Of a stretch of DNA of 64,000 bases, positions 47,127 through 57,778 are shown in pieces. The stretch lies in IMG/VR virus record IMGVR_UViG_3300032164_000001. One strand, written 5' to 3'. A program made the position numbers and the translations under genes. Source of the stretch: a virus. Below the pieces are notes generated by a model that ran no database searches, was not told the DNA's origin, and was given only the letters and a program-made list of their open reading frames with translations. Position 1 is the first letter of the stretch, and each line of letters starts with the position of its first letter.

Positions 47127-47741
47127 TTATATGGATAGGCCGAGCGGTGACACCGGTCTGCCCTTGATGAATACGTTCAAACCATCCGCTTGTATTGCGG
47201 GTGCGTCCAAGATAATGGCATGTTTGGCTTTCAACACAATTGATCCATCCTTTGCATCTATCTCTATCATATTGGCGCCACCAAGTGTTTGAATTATCAC
47301 CTTCTTCTCGCTCGAGGTGTCAGTTATGTAGACCTCAAAAGTATCTGTTTCTGCCAATACTCTGACGTTTGGCGCGTCATCTTTCGATTGCTGCTGCACT
47401 ATTCTAGGAGCTCCGGTTTTACCATTTCTTTTAGGATAGTGTGCACAGAAATAAAACGGTTGTTCTATTTTGCCATAAATAAAGCCCACTAGGATCGTTG
47501 CACCTTTTCTCGGCACAAAGAATCCGCCTTTCCCACCAGAGGTAGAACCGTATCCAGCCCCTGGCATGCCTATCGGAAGGGCCCAATCAGTCTCTTTGTC
47601 TACAACTCCAAACACTTTGGCCTTCACGCGTCCCATGCGTTCTGGATCGTTGTTGACCACCACTTCAGCCCAATACAGACCATGATAACCACCGGCTGAC
47701 TCCTCCGCATCGCTCTCGGTAGGAAAACCCATTTCTGACAT
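47127..47741 (-). CDS. baseplate spike (gpV/gp5 OB-fold)
   Basis: GLY.AEVV.NNDPE.MGRVK..V...WA.P...G.FFVP..G..I.V.F..G....P. Confidence 0.9.
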   Translation of the reverse strand: MSEMGFPTESDAEESAGGYHGLYWAEVVVNNDPERMGRVKAKVFGVVDKETDWALPIGMPGAGYGSTSGGKGGFFVPRKGATILVGFIYGKIEQPFYFCAHYPKRNGKTGAPRIVQQQSKDDAPNVRVLAETDTFEVYITDTSSEKKVIIQTLGGANMIEIDAKDGSIVLKAKHAIILDAPAIQADGLNVFIKGRPVSPLGLSI

Positions 47742-49133
47742 CTACCTGCCTCGCAGTTGATTGCGCCCGCCAGTGGCTCGGACTAGTGGTGTTCCAGGCA
47801 TAGGCCTCGGCTTGCTACTGCCTTTACGTCCCGGCCTCGGCTTTTTCTGTACAAACTTGAAATTGCCGATCTTTCCCATCACACGAACTTGTCTACAAAC
47901 CAAGGCCAGCATCGACTTCGCCTGACCCAACACATCAGTGAAAAACGTCATATGAGCAGGACAGCCACCTCCGGCTCGCTTCTTGCCACGCAACGAGAAA
48001 CCAGTTGTGTATCCATCGGCATCGATGCGATGCTCCACCTCATGAGCGATCCACATGCCATCAACGATGGGGCCGAAGTTGCCAAGCAGAACGGCGCAGC
48101 CCTCGGTCACCAGAGGATTGCCAACAACGGCCATCTTTATTGACCACTTGTTATTTGTTGACTCGTACAACCGCTTCACTGTTGCTTCCATCAATTTGGT
48201 GGACACAGTTGTAACCAAGTCTTTAGGATTTACTGTGTCCGGTAACTTCCCGGAGTTGTGTCCAGACTTGCCTATTGGTAACGAAATGCCTGCCAATGAA
48301 TTGGCCTGTCGTAGGGAATCAAGCAAAAAGCCTACGACGGCGCCCTTGTAAGGATCGTAACTGGTGCCATGGACAGAGTTGACATTCATGGCATAGTCTC
48401 CTTCAACGCTCATGGACAGAACGTCTGGCCCCATAGCATAGTTGAAGACTTCGACAGCTGTTTGCTTCCAACCCGGGCGGTGGAATCTGAACTCATCCTC
48501 TGTTGCCGAAAGATAGAACCCGCGCTCCACAGCCAATTTGCGCATATATTGCAACATGGTCTCACCAGTTGGTATCTGCGCCAAATTCACCATGGACTCG
48601 TTAGGACTTCCTGAGTTCATCAGGCTCAGCCCGGGTTGTATGAAGGTCTGTCTGTCAGTGTATCCAGCAGACTTGGCTAGCCTACGCATGGCATCTGATA
48701 TGCGCATTGGACCGGATGCCATGAATTTGTCATTTTCTGGCTTCAGGTGCAACTGTGGACGCTGCAGTTGCATCTCCATCACTACCGTGCCATATGCATC
48801 AGGCCTGGCAGACATTGGCGTCTGGCCAGAATCTGGTAGGCAGTTGGCCCTTACGCTTTTGATGGGTCCAACAAATCTGGTCGACATGCGCCCTTCGTAG
48901 CCAAAACGAATGCCTAGTTTCAATCCAGTGGCCAAAACCAATGGGTTGAAAAGTGAGCCGTCGGAGTTGTCGAACTCCATGTTGATTACTGGCAGCTTGC
49001 CTTTACCCTGTTTAGAAATGAATTGGAACTTAACCAGCGATTGCTCTAATGCAGCAGCAGATAAAGACTTGAGACCGCCAAGGACCTCGATCTTCACTAT
49101 CGGCTTTAGCGAGTCAATGCCAGCGAGTCCCAT
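47742..49133 (-). CDS. baseplate hub (late control gpD / gp27-like)
   Basis: FGY.G, LA...GF...F.F, VGNP......V.L...G...DG.W....V.H.I...GY.T. Confidence 0.8.
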   Translation of the reverse strand: MGLAGIDSLKPIVKIEVLGGLKSLSAAALEQSLVKFQFISKQGKGKLPVINMEFDNSDGSLFNPLVLATGLKLGIRFGYEGRMSTRFVGPIKSVRANCLPDSGQTPMSARPDAYGTVVMEMQLQRPQLHLKPENDKFMASGPMRISDAMRRLAKSAGYTDRQTFIQPGLSLMNSGSPNESMVNLAQIPTGETMLQYMRKLAVERGFYLSATEDEFRFHRPGWKQTAVEVFNYAMGPDVLSMSVEGDYAMNVNSVHGTSYDPYKGAVVGFLLDSLRQANSLAGISLPIGKSGHNSGKLPDTVNPKDLVTTVSTKLMEATVKRLYESTNNKWSIKMAVVGNPLVTEGCAVLLGNFGPIVDGMWIAHEVEHRIDADGYTTGFSLRGKKRAGGGCPAHMTFFTDVLGQAKSMLALVCRQVRVMGKIGNFKFVQKKPRPGRKGSSKPRPMPGTPLVRATGGRNQLRGR

Positions 49134-49136
49134 GAT

Positions 49137-49493
49137 TCAAAATGCTCCGGCTTGTCCATCCGTCACGGACATCAGCCAAGATTGCACGGTATCCGGTGCA
49201 GGTACCACAATCCACGAACCCGGTTCAAGTCTAACCGTTGGATCATTGATCGGCTCCGGTTGAAAGTCTGCTATGATCCACCATAGGTCTGCAGCGTCGG
49301 GAAAGGCGTTATAGTAGCGCGAGGCAATGTTATGCAGAGTATCACCCAATAGCACCTTGTGCAGTATTTCGTCATAACCACCGAAATATGATATCCTTGG
49401 ACGAAGCGACAAGTACAGTACATTGTCATCACGTCTGATTATCGTAGCGTGCTTGTACCTGGATTGCTCATCAAACATCTTATTGTCAATCAA
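49137..49493 (-). CDS. LysM / tail X-like baseplate protein
   Basis: H.V..GDTL..IA.RYY...LWWIIADF...P..L.PG..I.VP. Confidence 0.85.
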   Translation of the reverse strand: MIDNKMFDEQSRYKHATIIRRDDNVLYLSLRPRISYFGGYDEILHKVLLGDTLHNIASRYYNAFPDAADLWWIIADFQPEPINDPTVRLEPGSWIVVPAPDTVQSWLMSVTDGQAGAF

Positions 49494-52359
49494 CCCAGTG
49501 CGTGATCATAACCGCCGGAATGACGGTTCTTCCACGTGTTGCTCTTGTTTCAGATAGAAGAGGAGCCGGAACGAGCGCTGAGGCCGGCTTGCTCATAATC
49601 CGCAGCATCTCCTTGGTGTGATCTTCCGTTTGCGTGATTCCTCTCACAACAGCCCCATCTAGATCAACTTTAGTTGATTTAACTGCTGCTGGAGTGGTAG
49701 TCGGAAGTATGGGTTTTCCGATTGCTGCTCCGGTCTGTATTTCCAAGTTCTTCATCAATACGTCGAGCACCGTCTTCTGTTGCACCAATTGAAGATTTCC
49801 TCTATCCAGCAAATCTCCTGTTGCCTTCAACCAGTTCACATCTTTCTGTGTTCGCAGACCATATGTTTGTTGTCCCTGCGTCAAGGTGCTATACAGCGAA
49901 CGCACAGCATCTCCCAAATATGGTGCAACTGTCTCCTCTGTGAGCATGCCGACCTGTTGCATTAGTTTGACCTGTGGCCCGACGCCGGTCTTCTCTAGGG
50001 CCCTAGTCCGCAATGCCATTGTAGACTCAGCTATTCTTCCATATGCCGGCAATTCCTTCCCCATTGCGGCCCAGGTGTCTTGCAGCGATTGTCCACCGCC
50101 TACACCCAAAGATACCAAGAGTTGCGTCGCCCTTCTTAACTCGTTAGTAGGGTTGACAGCTGACTCTAGAGCCTTAGAAAGTGCTTCCAAGGATTTTATC
50201 GCCTTGTCTTCTCCAGGGAGCATGGATTGAATAACGAGCTGAAGAAATTTTGCGTTCTCTAGCGCTACAGCCTGCTGTTCCACGTCTGGTCTCTTGCCAG
50301 CGACGATCATCCTCTTGATCTCCGCCACCGGCTCATACATTTGACGAAGTGCGGCCATCGAAGTTCCAGGCATTTGCATGTGTGGGGGAAGAGCAGCCAT
50401 CTTCTCCAACATCTTTGGTATTACATCAAACGCCGTGCCTGGAGCTAGTGGTACTTTCGCCTTTTCAATCGCCTCTAGTTTAGACACCACCTGTGTTATG
50501 GCGGCAATGTTGATTGCAAACTCGTTTTGAATTCTGGAAGACTCCTTCAACGCAAGGGAATAGGTGGCAGCAGATTGTCCAAGTGCGATCTTCTCTCCTT
50601 CCAATTTGGAGGCCGTGGCGCCAAACAAGAATTTCTTCAAGTATGGCCAGAATGTGGCAACTAGACCAATAGCCAAGCCAATTGGTCCGAGGAATGATAA
50701 AAACATGCGTCTGAGGCTCCAGCCAGCAATGGATGCAGCAGCACCCACACCCTTAATGGCACTGGTCAGTACTGGCACGGATAGGGTCACTAGCTTTAAC
50801 TTTGCAAGAACCCACACCAGCGCTATGCCAATTCTACCAGATATCAACCAGCCAAATGCTGCACCGATCAAGGCTCCAGATGCAGCTATGCTGGCGAGAG
50901 GAACTAAAATCGCGACAAGAGTTCCACCAAGATATGTGGCTCCAGTTGCTATGACCTGGAGTACTTTCCCCCACCACGTACCGCTAGCAATGCCCTCACG
51001 TATTGCGGATACGAGCCACGCCGCTTTATCTGCGAGAAAACCGACAACTCCAGCCAATGGCTTGAATACGGTACCAAGCAAGTTGCTACCCGCCTCAGCC
51101 AACCTGGCCAGTTGTGCCGACAACGGTTTCATAGCCTCTTCATTGGCCTTTCTCAACACGTAAGCGGAATTGCGCATTTCATCTTGGGTGTACTTCCATG
51201 CCTCCGCACCATACAGCACTGCCCCGGACTGACTCAACATGCCCTGATTCATGGCTTGAATGTTGGCCATGATGGGCTTCACAGCCCTGTCTCCAAAGGC
51301 CTGACGGATGCTATCGGAAACATAGGTCATGTCTCCACCATACTTGTCCGCAGCAGCAGCCAATGAGATCATGAAGTCAGTAACAGATTCGAACGAACCA
51401 CCGCTTGCAGCGATGACACCCAGATTCCGTTCGAGCCCGGATCGCACCTTCGGGTCTGTCAAACGACCCATGGCCGTCTTCAATCCAGTGGCTGCCTCTT
51501 CAGATCTAAGACCAGCCCTGATTGCAATGGCATAAGCTGGAGCAATGTCCTCGAAGTTTGAACCAACAAGACTGGCAGCAACGCCGAGCTTTCCCATGCC
51601 ACCGGTCAGCTTGTCCATAGGTACCCCAACGGCTCTGGATAGTGCTACCAGTTTGTTCAATGTGGGTTCCAGAGCACTGGCCTGTAGATGAAATGCGCCC
51701 ATGGTTACCGCAGCCAACTCCGCCGCCTTCTTTACATCCTTACCCATATACGTTTGGGCCATCATCAATACTGGCAATAATGACTCGGTTGTCGCCTTTA
51801 CATCACGCACTGTGAGATTTAACGTCTTTGCTGCTTCAATGGCCTCTGGCGGTGTGAACACAGTGCGTTCTGCCGCAGTCATTGCAGACCGTGTCAGTAT
51901 GTCGATCTGCTCTGCGCCGAGCCCTGTAGCCACCTTGAGGTCAGTCATGGCCGTCTCAAGGTCCATCGCCGGCTTGATGCCGGCAGCAATAAAACCAGCT
52001 GCTCTCTGGGCGACGATCAGCGTGTTGTAGGCCCCGGCCAAAGTGGCAAATGCTCCCTTACCGGCCTCGGCTTTCCTGGTCACGCCATTGAGACTGTCAC
52101 CAACCATGATGTTGGCTGCAGCAACAGCGTTGGCCACCGGGGTTAGCGAATTGGCCAACTGCGCCGCAACTGATTGTAACGAACTCAGCGTCTGCTGAAC
52201 AGCCGCAGAATTCTTAGCTGTGCCCTTAGACGAACGTTCCACTCTGCCAAATGACTTGGAGATCGAATCCAACGATGTCGACACCTTGCTGGCAATAGAC
52301 GAAAGATTGTCTACGCCCCTGAAGGTGAACGTGATGGTGTTGGCAACGTTTCTCGCCAT
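49486..52359 (-). CDS. tail tape measure protein (TP901-type core)
   Basis: 957 aa, Ala-rich helical, T.FT..EA.EA core, hydrophobic middle, located after the chaperone genes. Confidence 0.9.
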   Translation of the reverse strand: MARNVANTITFTFRGVDNLSSIASKVSTSLDSISKSFGRVERSSKGTAKNSAAVQQTLSSLQSVAAQLANSLTPVANAVAAANIMVGDSLNGVTRKAEAGKGAFATLAGAYNTLIVAQRAAGFIAAGIKPAMDLETAMTDLKVATGLGAEQIDILTRSAMTAAERTVFTPPEAIEAAKTLNLTVRDVKATTESLLPVLMMAQTYMGKDVKKAAELAAVTMGAFHLQASALEPTLNKLVALSRAVGVPMDKLTGGMGKLGVAASLVGSNFEDIAPAYAIAIRAGLRSEEAATGLKTAMGRLTDPKVRSGLERNLGVIAASGGSFESVTDFMISLAAAADKYGGDMTYVSDSIRQAFGDRAVKPIMANIQAMNQGMLSQSGAVLYGAEAWKYTQDEMRNSAYVLRKANEEAMKPLSAQLARLAEAGSNLLGTVFKPLAGVVGFLADKAAWLVSAIREGIASGTWWGKVLQVIATGATYLGGTLVAILVPLASIAASGALIGAAFGWLISGRIGIALVWVLAKLKLVTLSVPVLTSAIKGVGAAASIAGWSLRRMFLSFLGPIGLAIGLVATFWPYLKKFLFGATASKLEGEKIALGQSAATYSLALKESSRIQNEFAINIAAITQVVSKLEAIEKAKVPLAPGTAFDVIPKMLEKMAALPPHMQMPGTSMAALRQMYEPVAEIKRMIVAGKRPDVEQQAVALENAKFLQLVIQSMLPGEDKAIKSLEALSKALESAVNPTNELRRATQLLVSLGVGGGQSLQDTWAAMGKELPAYGRIAESTMALRTRALEKTGVGPQVKLMQQVGMLTEETVAPYLGDAVRSLYSTLTQGQQTYGLRTQKDVNWLKATGDLLDRGNLQLVQQKTVLDVLMKNLEIQTGAAIGKPILPTTTPAAVKSTKVDLDGAVVRGITQTEDHTKEMLRIMSKPASALVPAPLLSETRATRGRTVIPAVMITHWVD

Positions 52360-52361
52360 GG

Positions 52362-52601
52362 CTATCGCTTACTGGACACCTTTCTGTACTCAGCGATCTC
52401 ACGCTCTCGTTGCTCACTCAGCAGTTCCAACAATACATTCCTATGTGTCACGGGTAGCTCCATGGCCTCACTCCACGATATCTGCAACGAAGATAGCTCT
52501 GGAGGACTCAGGCACAGGGAGAACATGACTTCTAACCATCCTCGCTCACCGGTGAAAGGGAAAAGCGCTTCCGGTTCGAGAAGAACCCCGCCTCGAAAGG
52601 G
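52362..52601 (-). CDS. -1 frameshift extension of the tail assembly chaperone (gpGT-like)
   Basis: Overlapping -1 frame entered at slippery heptamer C-CCT-TTC (52601-52595). WSEAMELP...R motif. Ends just before the tape measure start. Confidence 0.7.
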   Translation of the reverse strand, partial: PFRGGVLLEPEALFPFTGERGWLEVMFSLCLSPPELSSLQISWSEAMELPVTHRNVLLELLSEQREREIAEYRKVSSKR

Positions 52602-53287
52602 AGAATCATCTGCTGCAATCTGTAGCAGTGCGGACACTCGATGTCGAACATGGTGTCCACTCCACCTTCAATATCATCCAAGGCATCCCAAAGAGAATCT
52701 GCTTCACGAGAGCTCATGTCTTCCACAGCCATCAAGACTTCCCGCCAGTGCGTCTTGCCATTCCACTCTACTATTCGCCTGGCAAGATGGTAGGAAAGCG
52801 TCTTGCTCTCATCCTTGATCGATGTAGACAGAAACTCCTCGTCCGCACCACGTAGAAGACGACACTTCACCTGATTGCCGCCTGGCAGTGAAATGACTAG
52901 CGGCTCTCCTGTTTTGACATGTTGTATTCCTTCCGGAGAGACGGGTTTTACATCCAACTCGTTGAGCTTCACCGTCCAGTTGAAGTGCTGCCTGCAACCA
53001 GCACACGTGGTACGGAAATCGTACGAATCTCCAACGGAGGCGATCCGCAACTGGATCAACAGGTGGGTTCTATCTGAAGATAGCGCGTTGCTCCAGTCTG
53101 GCTTGCCATCCGTCATGGTATAAGGGCCAGCTTCTTGTGTCTCTAGCCAACAGGAGTCAAGAAGGGCGGTGAGCGTCTTACCCGCCCTGGCCAACTTTCG
53201 ATTGGTGAAGAGCTGCTCTTCCTTGACCTTCATCTCCCTTAACACACCACGCAGCCCAGATGGACATGTCACTTCTACGGTATTCAT
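52532..53287 (-). CDS. tail assembly chaperone (T4 gp26-like, two CxxC)
   Basis: Between tube and tape measure. DR..LLI.LRI.S.G..Y.F...C..C and CPHC. Confidence 0.75.
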   Translation of the reverse strand: MNTVEVTCPSGLRGVLREMKVKEEQLFTNRKLARAGKTLTALLDSCWLETQEAGPYTMTDGKPDWSNALSSDRTHLLIQLRIASVGDSYDFRTTCAGCRQHFNWTVKLNELDVKPVSPEGIQHVKTGEPLVISLPGGNQVKCRLLRGADEEFLSTSIKDESKTLSYHLARRIVEWNGKTHWREVLMAVEDMSSREADSLWDALDDIEGGVDTMFDIECPHCYRLQQMILPFEAGFFSNRKRFSLSPVSEDG

Positions 53288-53312
53288 CTCTTTACCTCGT
53301 CGTCTTTACCTC

Positions 53313-53332
53313 GGCACGGGTCATCCCGTGCC
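53313..53332 (-). other. hairpin after the tail tube gene
   Basis: GGCACGGG-TCAT-CCCGTGCC, perfect 8-bp stem, no U-tract. Confidence 0.5.
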
Positions 53333-53335
53333 AGC

Positions 53336-53833
53336 TCACGCTCGCGACAGTTCGAACCAGTCGAACGTCAACGTGAGTGATTCGATCACAGCCTCGTCCG
53401 CCGTGGCATCCCACTCCCCCGCCACGAACTTTTGTGGCCAGCAATGAAACAGATCCCAGACGCAGAGCTCGGTCTGGCCATCACGGTCCATCTGATAGAC
53501 TGTCGCATTGCGCATGTAGGAATCCGTCTTTGCTCCAACTCCTCTGGTTGGAAACTCCCCTCGTGAGGCATTCACCGTCAAGATCATCCAGTCGTAGAAC
53601 GCTCTCGACGTGCTGGCGCCTCGTTCCAGTGTCACGTCAGCGAAAGTGACACGACCTGGAAGTTTCCAAGGGATGATTGAGCCCCCTTCCCAGTACTCGA
53701 TCTTTGCCACCTCGGCACTGAGCTCGGAGCACTTCTGAAAACCAGCAGAGATGCCCGGGCCGATGTCAACCAGAAATTGGTGCTTGGGGAAATACTCACG
53801 CTGGGTGCCCAGCATCTTGATGTCAGCAGGCAT
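53336..53833 (-). CDS. tail tube protein (T4 gp19-like)
   Basis: F.VDI....AGFQKCSEL......EY.EGG.....KLPGR..F.DVTLERG...W....CWP.K...D. Confidence 0.93.
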   Translation of the reverse strand: MPADIKMLGTQREYFPKHQFLVDIGPGISAGFQKCSELSAEVAKIEYWEGGSIIPWKLPGRVTFADVTLERGASTSRAFYDWMILTVNASRGEFPTRGVGAKTDSYMRNATVYQMDRDGQTELCVWDLFHCWPQKFVAGEWDATADEAVIESLTLTFDWFELSRA

Positions 53834-53875
53834 TTTGTTCTACCTCCAAGTTACCTCTGCAATGGAGTCCCGTTG

Positions 53876-56122
53876 CTATTGCGCCGTGAAGCCGAGTTCG
53901 GCCTCAAGCGCCCTGGTGTCCTTCACAACTCTGATGACGATGAACTCGGCTGGCGAGTTCGTCGCCAATCCAACGCGGACGACAAGTTGCCCGGCGCGCA
54001 CGACGGACGGAGGATTCAGTGCTTCACTCACGTCAACGAAGAAAGCAGTTGCTGGATCGTCGGAGGCAAAAGCACCACGACGCATCCATCCATGAAGCAG
54101 TGCGTACACTTCTTTGTAGACCTGCCTACGAAGCGTTGGCGTGTTGTTTCGATGCCTGACCCACTGCAAGCCAGAGTACAGCTGGGACTCGACATAGGAG
54201 ACGCCGCGTCGTTCGCCAACACTGGGAAAGTTCCCAGTAGCCTTCAGCGTGCGAGCGCCGTCAACAAAAATCCCATATCCGCGAAGATATGAGATCGGAT
54301 TGATCCGCAGTGGAAAGATGCGATCTCGCACGCTCTCGAACTTGACCGTCTCGTTCTCTAGTCCAACCACTCCGTACGGTTTTCCACCGTCTGTGCCGGC
54401 AGGCTGATAGAATGGACCCTCTGTGAAGGATGCATCGTCTCTGGCCATAATGCCGGCGATGAAACCGGATGGCGCGACGGTGATCGTCTGCACGTTCGAG
54501 CCATAGACGACCTTGGACGGATTCGCGATGACCAGCCGTGGCCAGTACAAAGCAGCATTCTCTGTCACCCCTTCAGAGCCAAGATTGGCTTGTTGCGTTC
54601 TGACACCAGCATCGGACAAGTCGGCCTGTGGATCAAGAATAGCAAACACGAGCTTGTTGCGTACGATTTCACAGTACTGGATCATGGCCTTTTGCACGGC
54701 CATGGTGCCAATGTCTGGAATGGACAAGATGGTCAAGTCGTCTGCCGAATCAAGGGCATACATGCCAGTCTTGAGTGTTTCATCACCGATGTAATCAGTG
54801 TCCGTCAGACTCGTCAGGCCGTCGTTGCCACCGGAGAGTGACAATCCGGAGGTGTTGGCAGGAACGCGTTGCGTTGCCGTGCCAGTGGCTGATAGGTCAT
54901 CGGCTTCAAAATACCAGGAACCTGTACCGGTGGCATTCACCACCGTCTCAACATATCTGGCGGCCGTGGTGTCCATGGATACATTTGGGAAGGCCTCGAT
55001 CACATCGATGCCCCGAATCACGTTCAGATTGAATTCGGCAGCGTTGCCCGACGTGGCCGCAGTGACCTGCGCCTTCAGACTGTTGGCATAGGCACCAGGC
55101 GTCTTGCCCCACACCTTCAGTGTGCTCTGTGTCGCCGAGTCCGAGCCCGTGTGCAATGTCGTGTCAAGACCAAGAACCGTCTCAACCGTCGAGGAGCTCT
55201 TCACCTGCAGCGTCGAAGCGACGCCGGTGTCAACGGTGGAAATCTTCACGGCACCGGACACAGAGACAATGGCCACGCCGCCGCCGCTGGTCCATGCAGC
55301 CTCGACAACCGTCTCGACCTCGGAGATCGTGACGGCTTTGATGTTGGACACATTGCCGGTGCCTTGTGCCTCACTGAGTGAGAAGGCGAGGATGGCATTG
55401 GCCGAGCCGCCGGTGATTTCGACGTAGGAGCCAGTGCCACGCCGGTCGGACTCGATGCTGACCTTGGTGTGACCTGTGGCCAGCTTGGCCTTGGCCCCAT
55501 AGATCTGTGCATTGACAGCAATGACAACTTCCTCCGCCGTGGCCGCAGCTGGAACAGCGAAGTATGTATTTGGGAAGGTGAGCGTCTGCACGACGTCGCG
55601 GTCGATCTTCACTGTCAATGCTTCGTCACCGCCGGCGGAGAAGTCATACGTCTCGGCGTTGGCACAGGCCACAGATGCTGGAGTGGCGGTGAAGGTCGCT
55701 GTCTGATCAGCCAGGCCATCGACGCTGCCGACCAGTGTGTCATTGGCTGTCATCACCCATGGACCAGTCGTCATGCCCTGTACGACAGCAGGACTGGCGG
55801 AGATAGCATTTGTCGGTAAAGTCACAGAGGCCTTCACCGCCGTGGCCACGCCACCTGCATAGTGACATGTGCGAACCACGTAGCACTGCCGACCACCCTG
55901 CAGGTAGAAGGCGCGAACGGCGAGAGCCAATTCTCGCCCAGCGATCATTCCTCCAAAATTCTGCTCGTACTCCGAGTAGGACCCGAGCAATGTGGCTGTT
56001 CCTATGGCCCCGCGTTCCGCAATGCCCACGATACCATAGACAGCACTTGGCGCCGATGGAAAACCTCGGATAATCGGCTCCTCTTCAGTGATTACTATCT
56101 TCGATGAAAGCAGCTCTGGCAT
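53876..56122 (-). CDS. contractile tail sheath protein
   Basis: VGIAERG.IG, FY.QGG..CYVVR, AALYWP, APSG..AG..AR.D, INPI, GARTL, PAEFI. Confidence 0.95.
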   Translation of the reverse strand: MPELLSSKIVITEEEPIIRGFPSAPSAVYGIVGIAERGAIGTATLLGSYSEYEQNFGGMIAGRELALAVRAFYLQGGRQCYVVRTCHYAGGVATAVKASVTLPTNAISASPAVVQGMTTGPWVMTANDTLVGSVDGLADQTATFTATPASVACANAETYDFSAGGDEALTVKIDRDVVQTLTFPNTYFAVPAAATAEEVVIAVNAQIYGAKAKLATGHTKVSIESDRRGTGSYVEITGGSANAILAFSLSEAQGTGNVSNIKAVTISEVETVVEAAWTSGGGVAIVSVSGAVKISTVDTGVASTLQVKSSSTVETVLGLDTTLHTGSDSATQSTLKVWGKTPGAYANSLKAQVTAATSGNAAEFNLNVIRGIDVIEAFPNVSMDTTAARYVETVVNATGTGSWYFEADDLSATGTATQRVPANTSGLSLSGGNDGLTSLTDTDYIGDETLKTGMYALDSADDLTILSIPDIGTMAVQKAMIQYCEIVRNKLVFAILDPQADLSDAGVRTQQANLGSEGVTENAALYWPRLVIANPSKVVYGSNVQTITVAPSGFIAGIMARDDASFTEGPFYQPAGTDGGKPYGVVGLENETVKFESVRDRIFPLRINPISYLRGYGIFVDGARTLKATGNFPSVGERRGVSYVESQLYSGLQWVRHRNNTPTLRRQVYKEVYALLHGWMRRGAFASDDPATAFFVDVSEALNPPSVVRAGQLVVRVGLATNSPAEFIVIRVVKDTRALEAELGFTAQ

Positions 56123-56161
56123 TGCTAGCCTCCCAAGTCTTGGTGGCGGTTGTGAAACACA

Positions 56162-57133
56162 CTACCACAAAGGAATTGTTTCCACCAGAGTTCCCATTGG
56201 TCTCTGCACCTGCAATCCTGCTTGCTCTACGGTCCCCCAAACTCTGTAATAGGGTGGCAAGTACAGAATTGGCACACGCCTTATCTCCAATTTTGTCGAG
56301 AAGTTGTGCAAATTGGCGTTGAAGATTCCAGTTCCAGGGGACGGTTCGTCTGTCATGACCATGGGAAGCCGAACCTCGGAACCGGATGGAACGTCGCCGG
56401 ATATTACCATATATGGGTTGCGCCAAACCACCTTCCGTACAGCCGACATCAGGGTTATGAATTCTGTCTGTGAGTCGGAATTGCCAAGAAGCGTGTAGCG
56501 CAATGTGTGCATTATCGGATTTGGCCACACAAGTGCGGTGCCGTCCGGTTGAACCTCTGTAATAGATTCGTTCTCCCATCCATAGGCATCCGGAAATATC
56601 TCCGGGCCCAAGGCATAAATCGACGGAACACCTGCCTGTGCAACCTCCACTCCATCAGAGGAGAAGTCGGTGTGCGTGCGCGGACTGGCATTGACTAACA
56701 CCTCACGCTTCATCAAGTACAACAAACGACGCGTGATCCGTGTAATCGGAGACTCTGCACCCAGAGTTGGCTTCCTCAGATCCTCTCTGGTGTATGTGAA
56801 CGCTGCCGTCCTTGTCACCGACTCGCCAGGGATTGGTTCTAGGTTGTCATTCAGGTTCTGAACAGTGACAGACGTCGCAGGGTACACATCCAGATCGACG
56901 TCTCCGTCATACGCTGGAGCCAGCGCGTCAAGCCGTCCGGCGGTAAAGACGAGAACCAGGCCACTAGCTATGGATCCGAACAGAACACTAACGTAGCAGT
57001 TGTCTCGACCCTGCACTACACCAGACGATGGAGGAGTGTACAATCTGAAATTTGTGCCGGTGATCGATACAAGTTCTCCACCACCGGCCGGGCCGGTAAC
57101 AGGAGCAATGGTTGCAATCGTTGGCACTGCCAT
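56162..57133 (-). CDS. IPT/TIG-domain protein, probable tail terminator/neck
   Basis: PTI.TIAP.TGP.GGG..V.ITGTNF IPT motif, located directly before the sheath. Confidence 0.7.
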   Translation of the reverse strand: MAVPTIATIAPVTGPAGGGELVSITGTNFRLYTPPSSGVVQGRDNCYVSVLFGSIASGLVLVFTAGRLDALAPAYDGDVDLDVYPATSVTVQNLNDNLEPIPGESVTRTAAFTYTREDLRKPTLGAESPITRITRRLLYLMKREVLVNASPRTHTDFSSDGVEVAQAGVPSIYALGPEIFPDAYGWENESITEVQPDGTALVWPNPIMHTLRYTLLGNSDSQTEFITLMSAVRKVVWRNPYMVISGDVPSGSEVRLPMVMTDEPSPGTGIFNANLHNFSTKLEIRRVPILYLPPYYRVWGTVEQAGLQVQRPMGTLVETIPLW

Positions 57134-57145
57134 GGTTATGCCTCG

Positions 57146-57778
57146 CTACGGCTTGCCAAACATAGAGTCCAATGCCAGATTCAAGTACTCTACAGCCTTG
57201 CCAGCCAAGGCATTGAAAGTTTGCTCCCAAAGTGGACGAGCAGGAGACCATACCGTGATGTAACGTCCAAAGCCACCCTTTGGTAGGTGATAAGTAGGCT
57301 TCTTCGTTATCTCACCGTATAGCACTAGCAGGTATGCACTCATTCTGAACGTTACCGGCACCGTTCTGGTAAACCCTGTCTCCTGCATAGCAGCTATTTC
57401 ATCCAATGTAACGTAGCCGCCGCCAGAGAATGCAGACACCTTGCCTTCTTCAACACCGACCACATATGTCAGGTCAGAGTCTTTCATCCAGGCAATTGAC
57501 TTGGCCAGCTCACCACTTCTGTGTAAAGTGCGAGAACTACGATATGCAAGAATTGGCGGTCTCTCGGCCCCCTGTACCTTGCCGATTCTCCTCTTGGCTA
57601 ACGTGGAAGACGCCAGACCTGGAGTCACTCTACCAGAAGTTATATTGCTACGTAGCTCTTGAACCGCCTCTTTGGCCAAGGACTTCAACGCCCAGTCCAA
57701 ACTCTTCTTGGCACCTTTAAACCGCTTTACCGACTCGCGGGCCAAGTCCATTCCATCCATTGCCATGTCGACAAGCAT
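57146..57778 (-). CDS. virion morphogenesis / neck protein
   Basis: LA.STL..R...TL..SG.L..SI and PARPLW. Confidence 0.7.
   Translation of the reverse strand: MLVDMAMDGMDLARESVKRFKGAKKSLDWALKSLAKEAVQELRSNITSGRVTPGLASSTLAKRRIGKVQGAERPPILAYRSSRTLHRSGELAKSIAWMKDSDLTYVVGVEEGKVSAFSGGGYVTLDEIAAMQETGFTRTVPVTFRMSAYLLVLYGEITKKPTYHLPKGGFGRYITVWSPARPLWEQTFNALAGKAVEYLNLALDSMFGKP

Noticed and set aside
43616-56122. Extracellular contractile injection system, tailocin or T6SS
   Set aside because: Capsid, protease, neck, terminase and replication genes are present, so this is a phage.
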